Positions 1 through 8,403 of a stretch of 31,832 bases of DNA are shown here, in pieces. The translations under genes and the position numbers were made by a program. The notes beneath the pieces were generated by a model. That model saw only the letters and a program-made list of their open reading frames with translations, did not search any database and was not told the origin of the DNA. The DNA lies in the NCBI GenBank assembly GCA_031414595.1, contig JANNVX010000006.1, positions 1 to 31,832 of the forward strand, given 5' to 3'. Source of the DNA: Deinococcales bacterium. Its GTDB lineage: Bacteria; Deinococcota; Deinococci; Deinococcales; JAAFIG01. How positions within the stretch are numbered: the stretch's first letter is position 1; each line of letters starts with the position of its first letter.

Positions 1-142
1 TTAGAGCGTGAAGTAAAGACTTGGGTTAAAGAGCGGAATAAGCGCTGTATAAAGATTAATTGGCAATTTTCGATCAAATCTGCTCGGACGAAATTTGCGG
101 ACAGGTATCCAAAGATTACTTCTTAATCCGACGCTGCACTAG
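1..142 (+). mobile_element. IS630-family element, 3' end (transposase C-terminus 1..126 plus right end)
   Basis: Frame +1 reads LEREVKTWVKERNKRCIKINWQFSIKSARTKFADRYPKITS* (TAA 124-126), matching the IS630 C-terminal W..ERN....NWQF....AR.K....YP pattern. Followed by ...ACGCTGCACTAG (131-142), ending in a CTAG/TA junction. Confidence 0.8.
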
Positions 143-214
143 GTTGCCCATGCCGCTTGTCCAGAAAGCTGTTCAAAAGCTAAAAATTTGTTGACGCAAC
201 TGTGGAGTGAGCAT
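141..214 (-). pseudogene. hsdM: Type I R-M methyltransferase (HsdM) N-terminal remnant with nonsense codon, truncated by the IS630 end
   Basis: RBS-like AAGGA then ATG at 214: MLTPQLRQQIFSF*TAFWTSGMGN. Aligns without gaps to the recalled HsdM start pattern M.T.EL...ID..W..FWSGG..NP; TGA at 175-173 sits at the conserved Trp. Confidence 0.6.
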
Positions 215-287
215 TATTTTATTTCCTTGCGGGTATTCACGCTGGGCAGTATATCAAAGGTTAGTAGCCGATACTGCTATTAGGTTG

Positions 288-791
288 CTATGACTCATTT
301 GGCGGAAAATCTTCGATAGCACCAGCACTCGCCCAGACATGCGTCTCGAGTTGAATCACTTCTAAGTTTCCAACCGCCTCGAGTGGATGAGCTTGGGTCG
401 TGATTATTGGGCATTGTAATTCTTGCGCTATGGCAAGGTATTCGGCATCACCCTGAACAGATGGTGTTTTGAATTGTTGCTGCATGGTCAAAATGTCGTC
501 GCTACTGATGATGTGGTACTCCCAATTTGATTCAAGAATGGCTCGAGCCAGTGCTTGGCAATCTTCAAAACTTGTGTATCCTTCTTGGTATGTTGCAAAG
601 GCTGCTTCAATGACTTGAGAATAGAATAACATCGGCACATGAAGTATTGCCCCGTGAAAAGCGGCGCGGCTCAGAAAAGCGTGACTGGCAAAGATAAGAC
701 TCTGCTCGTTGGCAACCAGTAGGTCTGGAGACAAAGAACCGTACAAAGCCACACTTGGCGTGACCACATAATTTCTGTAAATGTAACTCAT
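288..791 (-). CDS. Degenerate PIN-domain (VapC-like) protein
   Basis: VVTPSVAL near the N-terminus and GDAEYLAIAQELQCPIITTQ resemble PIN motifs (vvDaSv; DA.YlalA..l.cpliT.D), with two acidic positions substituted. Confidence 0.55.
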   Translation of the reverse strand: MSYIYRNYVVTPSVALYGSLSPDLLVANEQSLIFASHAFLSRAAFHGAILHVPMLFYSQVIEAAFATYQEGYTSFEDCQALARAILESNWEYHIISSDDILTMQQQFKTPSVQGDAEYLAIAQELQCPIITTQAHPLEAVGNLEVIQLETHVWASAGAIEDFPPNES

Positions 792-934
792 TTGGTTTCG
801 CGCAATCGGTTTAACAAATCACGAAGGTTTAGTTCGTTTGGTTTCAGAATTCGGATTGTGGGTCGTTGAATGCCCGTAAAAATCTTGGATTCTTTTTGGT
901 CTGGTCTTGGCTTTACTGGTTGTTGAGTGTTCAT
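788..934 (-). CDS. Small basic hypothetical protein (48 aa), possible partner of the PIN-like gene
   Basis: ATG at 934 is preceded by TAAACT 7 nt upstream; stop overlaps the next start (ATGA, 791-788). Confidence 0.5.
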   Translation of the reverse strand: MNTQQPVKPRPDQKESKIFTGIQRPTIRILKPNELNLRDLLNRLRETK

Positions 935-1052
935 AGTAAAAAGTTTAGCGAAATTATGTTTTTTTGGCAAGGTTTTGCAGCACAGGAAGTTTATATCCCT
1001 CTAAGTAGCCCAGACCACGACTGAACTGACTCGAGCAGCGTTAGAGTGTTCT

Positions 1053-2036
1053 ATGCAATATACACGCCTTGGGAATTCCGGTTTAAGTGTCTCCAAACTC
1101 TGCCTTGGGATGATGACCTACGGCGACCCACAGTTTCGTCCGTGGGCGCTTAATCTCGAGGCTTCCGAGCCGTTTGTGCGCCTTGCATTTGAAGCCGGAA
1201 TTAACTTTTTTGATACCGCCAATGCCTACTCGAGAGGAACGTCTGAAGAATACACAGGGATTTTGCTGAAAAAATTTGCCAAACGCGAAGAGTATGTGCT
1301 TGCCAGTAAAGTCTTTTTTGGGGTGGGCGATAGTGCTCCAAACCAGCAAGGTTTATCGAGAAAACATATTTTTGAAGCCGTGGATGCCAGTCTTAAGCGC
1401 CTTGGTACGGATTACTTAGACCTGTATCAGATTCATCGCTGGGACTACAACACGCCAATCGAGGAGACGATGCAGGCGCTTCATGACCTTGTGCGCTCTG
1501 GGCGAGTGCGGTATATCGGTGCAAGCAGTATGCACGCTTGGCAATTTGCCAAAGCCCAGCGCGTGGCAGAGCAGCACGGGCTAACCAAGTTTATTTCAAT
1601 GCAGAATCATTACAACCTGATTTACCGCGAAGAAGAACGCGAAATGATGCCGCAATGTGTGGACATGGGGGTTGGCGTGATTCCTTGGAGTCCACTGGCT
1701 CGAGGGATGCTGGCTGGAAACCGCAGCCAAGATGGGCAGAAGCTAACCAAACGCGCCGAAACCGATACGATAAGCGATGCACTCTATAATCACCCAAGCG
1801 ATTGGGCTGTGATTGAAAACTTAAATGCACTGGCGGAGGCTCGAGGCGTTCCAGCCGCCACCATTGCGCTGGCTTGGATGCTCAGTAAACCGTTTATCAG
1901 TGCGCCAATTATTGGGGCAAGTAAAATAAAACATCTCGAGGACGCACTGGCTGCCGTGGACTTCAAATTAACACCTGAAGAAATACAGCAACTCGAGGCA
2001 AATTACCAACCTCATGCGATTGCAGGGCATCAATGA
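1053..2036 (+). CDS. Aldo/keto reductase (YajO-like)
   Basis: LGNSGLSVSKLCLG, FFDTANAY, SLKRLGTDYLDLYQIHRWD, IPWSPLARG motifs. Confidence 0.95.
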   Translation: MQYTRLGNSGLSVSKLCLGMMTYGDPQFRPWALNLEASEPFVRLAFEAGINFFDTANAYSRGTSEEYTGILLKKFAKREEYVLASKVFFGVGDSAPNQQGLSRKHIFEAVDASLKRLGTDYLDLYQIHRWDYNTPIEETMQALHDLVRSGRVRYIGASSMHAWQFAKAQRVAEQHGLTKFISMQNHYNLIYREEEREMMPQCVDMGVGVIPWSPLARGMLAGNRSQDGQKLTKRAETDTISDALYNHPSDWAVIENLNALAEARGVPAATIALAWMLSKPFISAPIIGASKIKHLEDALAAVDFKLTPEEIQQLEANYQPHAIAGHQ

Positions 2037-2323
2037 AACTGCAACTCCGAACGTACACAATTAACAAAGGCGCACTTGCCGAGTGGATACAAGAATGGCG
2101 GACGCAGCTTGTGCCTCTGCGTCAAAAAATGGGTTTTGTGGTACTTGAGGCATACACCGTGCCAAGTTCTAATCAGTTTGTTTGGCTAATGGGCTTTGAA
2201 GGCGAACACTGGGAAAAGGCAGACCAAGCCTATTTTGACTCTGCCGAACGAAAAACCATGCAGCCAGACCCAGCGCGGTTAATTGCGAATATGGAAAATG
2301 TATTTATCTCTCGAGTGCATTAA
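2033..2323 (+). CDS. NIPSNAP family protein
   Basis: 96 aa, QLRTYTINKG..AEW start typical of NIPSNAP; ATGA overlap with upstream gene. Confidence 0.75.
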   Translation: MKLQLRTYTINKGALAEWIQEWRTQLVPLRQKMGFVVLEAYTVPSSNQFVWLMGFEGEHWEKADQAYFDSAERKTMQPDPARLIANMENVFISRVH

Positions 2324-2365
2324 CGGGAACGAAAATACTCTTCATGTCGTACACTAACCTCGAGT

Positions 2366-3799
2366 ATGACGACCTGCCCTTTTTGCGCCTCGAGTATCCA
2401 AGATAACAGCCTGAACTGTCCAGACTGTGGCGCAACCCTTGCGGGTTTGCAACTGGGGCTAGGCAAAATGCTGGGTAAATACAAACTCGAGCAAGTGCTA
2501 GGACAAGGCGGGTTTGGTATCACCTACCAAGCCCATGACCAATCCCTAAACCGCCAAGTGGCGATTAAAGAACTGTTCCCAGAGGACTGCACCCGCAATG
2601 GCAGTACCCTAATTCCAGCCTCGAGCCTAGGCGCAACTGGTTTTGCCCAAACCAAACAGCGTTTTCTCGAGGAAGCCCAAACACTGGCACAATTTAATCA
2701 TGGCGGTATCGTTAAAGTCTTTGAGGTTTTTGAAGCCAACAACACCGCCTATATTGTCATGGAAGCCTTGAATGGCGAAACCCTAGGGGCGCGAATCTCG
2801 AGAAATGGCAAATTACCGATAGACGAAGTTAAACGCATTGCCGAAGAAGTCTGTGCAGCCCTCGAGATTGTACATGGCACTGGTTTACTGCACCGTGACA
2901 TCAAACCAGACAACTTGTACATCACCAAAGATAACCGTGTGGTGCTGATAGATTTTGGCAGTGCCAGAGGATTCCAGACAGGGCTTGCGATGCGTCATAC
3001 CCAACTGGTAACGCCGGGTTATGCCGCCCCAGAGCAGTACGCCAGTCAAGCCAAATTCGGTACATACACCGATGTTTACGGTTTAAGTGCCACGCTGTAC
3101 CATGCTGTAACGGGGCAAATCCCACCGACTGCCAGTGACCGAATCATCTCGAGCAGCAGCGATTTACAAATGCCGAGTGGTTTGACTGAGCCATTGCGTA
3201 CCGCTTTGGCTCGAGGGTTGGCGTTACGAATAGACCAGCGCCCGCAAACCGTGAAAGAGTTTTTGTTGCTGTTTGGAACAATCATAAAACAAAAGCTATC
3301 CGCAAAAATTGTGTCTGCACCAAATGAAACCGTTGAGGAAATTATTTATCGCAAAGGTGAAATTTTGGTGACAAATAAATTCATTCAAGTACCTGCCGCA
3401 AAAGGAGGTCATTATCAGCATCTTCTATCGAATTTAAGTGAGATTCAAGTAACAAATCTCTGGAAAGAAGTTCGACCCAAAGATGGATTATCAATTACTG
3501 TACTGATTATTTTCGCAATGCTTTGTTTTAGCAGCACAGGCATATTTTTCTTCATACCAGAAAGACTATCTGGGTCACTTTTGTTTGCAATAATTGGTAT
3601 TTTGATTGGTGGTACAGCTATTGAACAAGCAATAAAGCTAAACAGAAGAAATGTATTTTACCTCTTTATTAAAACTCGCGAACACAGGTATTGGTATTTT
3701 TTTAAATCTGAACCAGTCATTATTGAAATTGCCACCTTTAAGGATAAACAAGAGGCGGATTCCATTGCAGAACGCATTCGCGCTTATTTAACACCTTAA
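2366..3799 (+). CDS. Hanks-type Ser/Thr protein kinase with N-terminal Zn ribbon and C-terminal membrane domain
   Basis: CPFC..CPDC; LGQGGFGITY, VAIKE, HRDIKPDN, DFG, GYAAPEQ; two hydrophobic helices near the C-terminus. Confidence 0.93.
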   Translation: MTTCPFCASSIQDNSLNCPDCGATLAGLQLGLGKMLGKYKLEQVLGQGGFGITYQAHDQSLNRQVAIKELFPEDCTRNGSTLIPASSLGATGFAQTKQRFLEEAQTLAQFNHGGIVKVFEVFEANNTAYIVMEALNGETLGARISRNGKLPIDEVKRIAEEVCAALEIVHGTGLLHRDIKPDNLYITKDNRVVLIDFGSARGFQTGLAMRHTQLVTPGYAAPEQYASQAKFGTYTDVYGLSATLYHAVTGQIPPTASDRIISSSSDLQMPSGLTEPLRTALARGLALRIDQRPQTVKEFLLLFGTIIKQKLSAKIVSAPNETVEEIIYRKGEILVTNKFIQVPAAKGGHYQHLLSNLSEIQVTNLWKEVRPKDGLSITVLIIFAMLCFSSTGIFFFIPERLSGSLLFAIIGILIGGTAIEQAIKLNRRNVFYLFIKTREHRYWYFFKSEPVIIEIATFKDKQEADSIAERIRAYLTP

Positions 3800-3812
3800 A
3801 TCACAACTCGAG

Positions 3813-4412
3813 TTAGAAATTGTTAATAACGTTTTGCAATGCCCCTAGCAGCAACTCGAGTTCGTTTAAGTAATAGCGCTCAGTGTCTATTTCTAAGGTG
3901 CTACCTTGGAGTTTCAGGAATTGCCAGATTTCACCGGTCGTCACACAACCATACACGGCGATTTGTGGTGTTTCTTTGCGGAGATTAAATTTCTGGGCTG
4001 CCAGCATTTGCGCCGCGCATTGCCCTAGCCCAGCTTCGATGTCTTGCTTTTTGGCTTCTATCAGTGCAAAAACAGGTGCGCTGACTATCGAGGCTTTGGG
4101 CTGCATGGTCAGTAAAAAATCGCATTCGCCCGATAAACCTGTTTCGGGTTCAACATCAAAGTATTGACCAGAAAACAAGGCAAAACGGTGCTGGTTTAGC
4201 TCGAGTATTTCGGTTAGGATTGGCGCAATAATAAATTCTGAACGGGCTTTTTCGCTTCTGGTCTTTAAGGCACTGTCACTCATGCGGTGCAGGGTTTCTT
4301 TAAGCCAACTCGAGACTGGCACTGCTTGTACATTACTTAGGATACTTGTGTCCAACGCCATAATCCCAAATTGGTCTTGGAGTTTTTCTAAGGTAAACGT
4401 TGTGTAAGCCAT
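3813..4412 (-). CDS. Conserved hypothetical protein, PD-(D/E)XK nuclease-like fold
   Basis: SEKARSEFIIAPIL, GECDFLL, IEAKK, GLGQCAAQM, YGCVTTGEIWQF pattern. Confidence 0.7.
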   Translation of the reverse strand: MAYTTFTLEKLQDQFGIMALDTSILSNVQAVPVSSWLKETLHRMSDSALKTRSEKARSEFIIAPILTEILELNQHRFALFSGQYFDVEPETGLSGECDFLLTMQPKASIVSAPVFALIEAKKQDIEAGLGQCAAQMLAAQKFNLRKETPQIAVYGCVTTGEIWQFLKLQGSTLEIDTERYYLNELELLLGALQNVINNF

Positions 4413-4559
4413 ACTTTTAGCCTAGCAGTTTTTTAGCCCAGCCGCGATACACTGCCAACAAATCCATTCTTTTTGAACCCAGTCTAAGCAACTCATGCAG
4501 TTTAGATTGTAGAATGAACCTGTGAAAGCGATTCTTCTACCCTCGAGAAGGAAATTCTT

Positions 4560-5486
4560 ATGACCCTCGAGCGTTTTTTTAGGCGGCGACCACCGCAACA
4601 AAAAGAAAATACGGTCAATGATGACTTGCCAGACTTGTGGGGAAAGTGTCCTAAGTGCAATGCACAGGTTTACAACAAAGAACTCGAGCAGAATTTACGG
4701 GTTTGTCCAAAGTGCAGCTATCATCACCGAATTCCAGTCAAGCGCCGTGTTGAAGGCTTGTTAGATGTTGGAACATTTCAAGTCACCAGTGGAAAAATTA
4801 GAGCCAAAGACCCACTTGAATTTGTGGATACCGATACTTATGTGGCAAAACTCGAGCGGGCGCGTAAAAAGACCGGACGTGAATCTGCAATTTATGCTGG
4901 GCGCGGCAGTTTGGCGGGTTTACCAATCATCATTTGTGTGATGGATTTTGAATTTGCTGGCGGCAGTATGGGCAGCAGCGAGGGCGAAGAGATTACAAGA
5001 GCCATTGAACTGGCGACCAAAGAAGACCGCAGCATGATTTTGGTGACGGCTTCGGGTGGCGCTCGAATGATGGAAGGGGCGTTAAGCCTGATGCAAATGG
5101 CAAAAACCACCTTTGCCCTCGAGCAACTAGCTGTTAAAGGCTTACCGTACATTACGATTTTGGCAGACCCAACCACAGGTGGGGTCGCTGCCAGTTTTGC
5201 CGCCATTGGAGACGTAATTATTGGCGAACCTGACGCGCTTATTGGTTTTGCTGGTCAACGGGTGATTGAACAAACCGTGCGCCAAAGCCTGCCAGACGGT
5301 TTCCAACGCTCCGAGTTTTACGAGAAAAAAGGCTTTATAGATATGGTTGTAGACAGACGGCAACACCGCGAAACCCTCGCCAATTTAATCGCAGGGCTAC
5401 GAAACCAACCCAAACCAGAAGTCACTGCCCTCGAGATAAAAGTGCCAGAACCGCCACGCACAGGGCTTTTTGGGAGACGAAAATGA
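4560..5486 (+). CDS. accD: Acetyl-CoA carboxylase carboxyltransferase beta subunit
   Basis: LWGKCPKC..CPKC Zn finger, GGSMGS, ASGGARMMEG, PTTGGVAASFA, IGFAGQRVIEQT. Confidence 0.97.
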   Translation: MTLERFFRRRPPQQKENTVNDDLPDLWGKCPKCNAQVYNKELEQNLRVCPKCSYHHRIPVKRRVEGLLDVGTFQVTSGKIRAKDPLEFVDTDTYVAKLERARKKTGRESAIYAGRGSLAGLPIIICVMDFEFAGGSMGSSEGEEITRAIELATKEDRSMILVTASGGARMMEGALSLMQMAKTTFALEQLAVKGLPYITILADPTTGGVAASFAAIGDVIIGEPDALIGFAGQRVIEQTVRQSLPDGFQRSEFYEKKGFIDMVVDRRQHRETLANLIAGLRNQPKPEVTALEIKVPEPPRTGLFGRRK

Positions 5487-5493
5487 CGCTCAG

Positions 5494-5570
5494 AGGCAAA
5501 AGGCAAAAGGCAAAGGGCAAAAGGCAAATTGTGTTGTTGTCTTTTTCTCTTTCCTCCTTTCTCCTTTCAC
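5494..5570. repeat. Heptamer tandem repeats: (AGGCAAA)x5 followed by about 4 pyrimidine heptamers
   Basis: AGGCAAA at 5494, 5501, 5508, GGGCAAA at 5515, AGGCAAA at 5522; TTTTCTC/TTTCCTC/CTTTCTC/CTTTCAC at 5543-5570. Confidence 0.85.
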
Positions 5571-5585
5571 TCGCCGGAGGCGCAA

Positions 5586-6542
5586 ATGCCTGCACTTGAA
5601 TTTGAAAAACCGATTGTTGATTTAGAAACCCGCATCGAGGAATTAAAAACCTACGGCAGCAACAGCAATGTTGACATGACCGAGGAACTTGCCTTGCTCG
5701 AGAAGCGCTTGGAACGCTTACGCTCTGAGACTTACGACAAATTGACCCGTTGGCAAAGGGTGCAACTGGCTCGAGCGCCGGGTAGACCTACTGCACTAGA
5801 TTTTATCGGGCGTATTTTTACCGATTTTCAGGAACTGCATGGCGATAGGGCATACGGTGAGGATTCGGCTATCGTTGGTGGATTAGCGCGGCTCGAGGGT
5901 CAGGCAATTGTGTTGATTGCCCAACAAAAAGGACGCGACACCAAAGAAAACATTGCTCGGAATTTTGGTATGGCACACCCCGAGGGGTTTCGTAAAGCCA
6001 TGCGCTTAATGGACATGGCAGATAAATTTGGATTGCCTTTAATTACACTGGTGGACACGCCCGGCGCATACCCCGGAATTGCAGCCGAGGAACGCGGACA
6101 GGCATGGTTAATTGCCCAGAGCATTCAAAAAATGACGCGGCTTCGCGTTCCAGTGATTAGTGTCATCATCGGCGAAGGCGGAAGTGGTGGCGCTCTGGCG
6201 ATTGCTGTGGGCAACCGTGTGCTGATTCTCGAGAATGCAGTCTACAGCGTAATTTCGCCTGAATCTTGTGCTGCCATCGTCTGGCGCGATGCCAAAGAAG
6301 CGGCTAAAGCTGCCGAAGCACTGCGCTTAACCGCCAAAGACCTCGAGCAGTTTGCGATTGTGGATGAGGTCATACCCGAACCCAAAGGCGGAGCGCACAA
6401 CGACCCTGTTGGCTCAAGTGACGAACTGAAAAAAGCCTTGTTAAATCATCTCGAGCAGATGAAAGGCATGAGCCACATAGAATTACTGGATTCTCGAGCC
6501 GAGCGTTTCAGGAAACTTGGGGTCTTTGAAGAATTGGCTTAG
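5586..6542 (+). CDS. accA: Acetyl-CoA carboxylase carboxyltransferase alpha subunit
   Basis: GGAGG RBS at 5576-5580, ATG 5586; [40 protein letters not shown]. Confidence 0.97.
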   Translation: MPALEFEKPIVDLETRIEELKTYGSNSNVDMTEELALLEKRLERLRSETYDKLTRWQRVQLARAPGRPTALDFIGRIFTDFQELHGDRAYGEDSAIVGGLARLEGQAIVLIAQQKGRDTKENIARNFGMAHPEGFRKAMRLMDMADKFGLPLITLVDTPGAYPGIAAEERGQAWLIAQSIQKMTRLRVPVISVIIGEGGSGGALAIAVGNRVLILENAVYSVISPESCAAIVWRDAKEAAKAAEALRLTAKDLEQFAIVDEVIPEPKGGAHNDPVGSSDELKKALLNHLEQMKGMSHIELLDSRAERFRKLGVFEELA

Positions 6543-7237
6543 ATGTTCTCGAGTTTTGTGATCCACGCATTAAAATGAGGGCATTCATCTCGGATTTTTT
6601 CTAAACCAATTTTGGAAGCAATACGAATAGCACCTGCTGGTTTTTTATAAACGGACTCAAAAATAGTCTCGAGCCGCTTAGATGGGGCGGTTATTGGAGA
6701 ATCGTTAATCAATTCTGGATTCTCTACTGATTTACGAATTTGTTCAAGTTGCCGTAACGATATTTCTGGGCGTTTTGTATCAACAGCAACTATATCGTTG
6801 ATAGTGTTTACATCAGAAAACAACAATGCTTCAAATTCGTGTAATTGAATATAAGGGATAAAGCCAGAAAAGTTGACATTATTTGCAAATGCCTGCTCAA
6901 GTTGCTCAATGCGTTTATATGGTGGAAACGACAATGATTGTTGATAATCAGGAAAATCGTTAGGTAAGGCATATAAATCAAACATGGTTGTATAAACAGC
7001 ATTTTGATCATCAAGATACCAGTCCTGAAGGTCTCTAAAGGCTTGTTGATAACTTTGTATACCCCCTGTAAATTTTGTTAGTTGCCGCTGACCATGTGAT
7101 TGAAAAACACGTTTTCGACCAGTCTCCAGCTTCTGTACGGCAATTACTACGTCAAAGTCTGCCAAGTGTGGGGCAAGAATAGTCCAAGCAAATTGTTCTT
7201 CAGTTTGACCTTCCACTAGAAAATTGAGGCGTTTCAT
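6539..7237 (-). CDS. DUF4276-family (TOPRIM-like) protein
   Basis: Start 7237 (ATGA overlap with the ATPase): [35 protein letters not shown]...APSKRL, CPHFNAW. Confidence 0.8.
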   Translation of the reverse strand: MKRLNFLVEGQTEEQFAWTILAPHLADFDVVIAVQKLETGRKRVFQSHGQRQLTKFTGGIQSYQQAFRDLQDWYLDDQNAVYTTMFDLYALPNDFPDYQQSLSFPPYKRIEQLEQAFANNVNFSGFIPYIQLHEFEALLFSDVNTINDIVAVDTKRPEISLRQLEQIRKSVENPELINDSPITAPSKRLETIFESVYKKPAGAIRIASKIGLEKIRDECPHFNAWITKLENI

Positions 7238-8349
7238 CGGGTTGGTCTCCCACCTAACACATTTTTTTCCCAAAGTTCACCGAGACTATAATTTTCAAGC
7301 CACTTTTTAAGTCTATTCGTATCTAAGTGCTTGAATTGAGTTTCAAGATTTTGCCGTTCTACCACAATTATTTCATCTGGCTCGAGTCTGTCCACAAGTG
7401 AAACCGATTGTGTGGCAATAATAATCTGGCGTTGAGCAGATATACTTCTTATCACTGCCAAAAGCGTCTCGAGGGCATGAGGATGCAAACCCAATTCAGG
7501 TTCATCAATCACAATCAAATGTGGTAATTGCTCAAGTGGCTGCAAAAGTAATGTTAATAATGCAATGAAACGCAGTGTACCATCTGACATTTGATGAACA
7601 CCAAATATCATCTCAGAACCCATCTCGAGATACCGCAAACGAATATGCGAACTGTTTGGTTCAAGTACAAAATCCTTAAAAAAAGGTGTGCTGAGACGAA
7701 TGGTATCCACAATACGCTGATAGTGTCTAGGATGCGTGTTTTTTAGTTTGTACAGCACTGCGGCTAAATTTGCGCCATCTGAGCGCAAAAAAACATCGTC
7801 ATCCAATGTACCTGTTTGTTTGATGCGGGCATTTTCACTGGTATCATCAAACTGGTACGGACGAATACTTGCTAGAATATCGCGTAAAATTCGAGCTTTT
7901 AAGGATGTTTCATCTTTACCAAAACCAACAGGGCGCAATTGAGATTCTTTTTCGCCAACAGTAAATTGAACATTGTTTAATTTACCCAGCTTATTTGTAA
8001 AATTAAAACCATCTGAGCGAAATACAAAAGCATCACTGGCTGGAGCATGAACCATTTCAAATTGATACTCGAGCAATTCTTGATCGTGCATAAAGCTCAA
8101 GGTCGCGCCTAAATTCGTTGTCACTTTTGATCCAAGATGCAAAATACTGCTTGCTCCACCAGCAGATTGCTGTGTCCAAAACGCAAAATCACCCAAAGCA
8201 ATTTGATTGAGTACCTTAAAAAAAGAAATCAAATTGGATTTTCCAGCCCCATTAGCTCCAATCAGCACATTCAAAGGTCGTAACTCGAGGGTACTCGAGC
8301 GGATGGACTTAAAGCCCTCAATTTGAATGCTTTTTAGAAACGTTTTCAT
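7234..8349 (-). CDS. ABC/AAA_21-type ATPase
   Basis: Walker A GANGAGKS, signature MSDGT, Walker B IVIDEPELGLHP, ATQS, C-terminal YSLGELWEKNVLGGRP. Confidence 0.9.
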   Translation of the reverse strand: MKTFLKSIQIEGFKSIRSSTLELRPLNVLIGANGAGKSNLISFFKVLNQIALGDFAFWTQQSAGGASSILHLGSKVTTNLGATLSFMHDQELLEYQFEMVHAPASDAFVFRSDGFNFTNKLGKLNNVQFTVGEKESQLRPVGFGKDETSLKARILRDILASIRPYQFDDTSENARIKQTGTLDDDVFLRSDGANLAAVLYKLKNTHPRHYQRIVDTIRLSTPFFKDFVLEPNSSHIRLRYLEMGSEMIFGVHQMSDGTLRFIALLTLLLQPLEQLPHLIVIDEPELGLHPHALETLLAVIRSISAQRQIIIATQSVSLVDRLEPDEIIVVERQNLETQFKHLDTNRLKKWLENYSLGELWEKNVLGGRPTR

Positions 8350-8403
8350 CTGTCCCTAGTTTACACGCTTAACCTCTCACCGATTCATGAGACAATGCGG
8401 TTT

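Noticed and set aside
5529-5585. N-terminal extensions in the ORF track (accA 5529, DUF4276 7273, C26 16613, ATP-grasp 17590, rSAM 19525, DUF6745 24145, SLH 25789)
   Set aside because: They run through repeats, the tRNA or neighbouring genes; downstream starts have an RBS, a -10 box or stop/start coupling.
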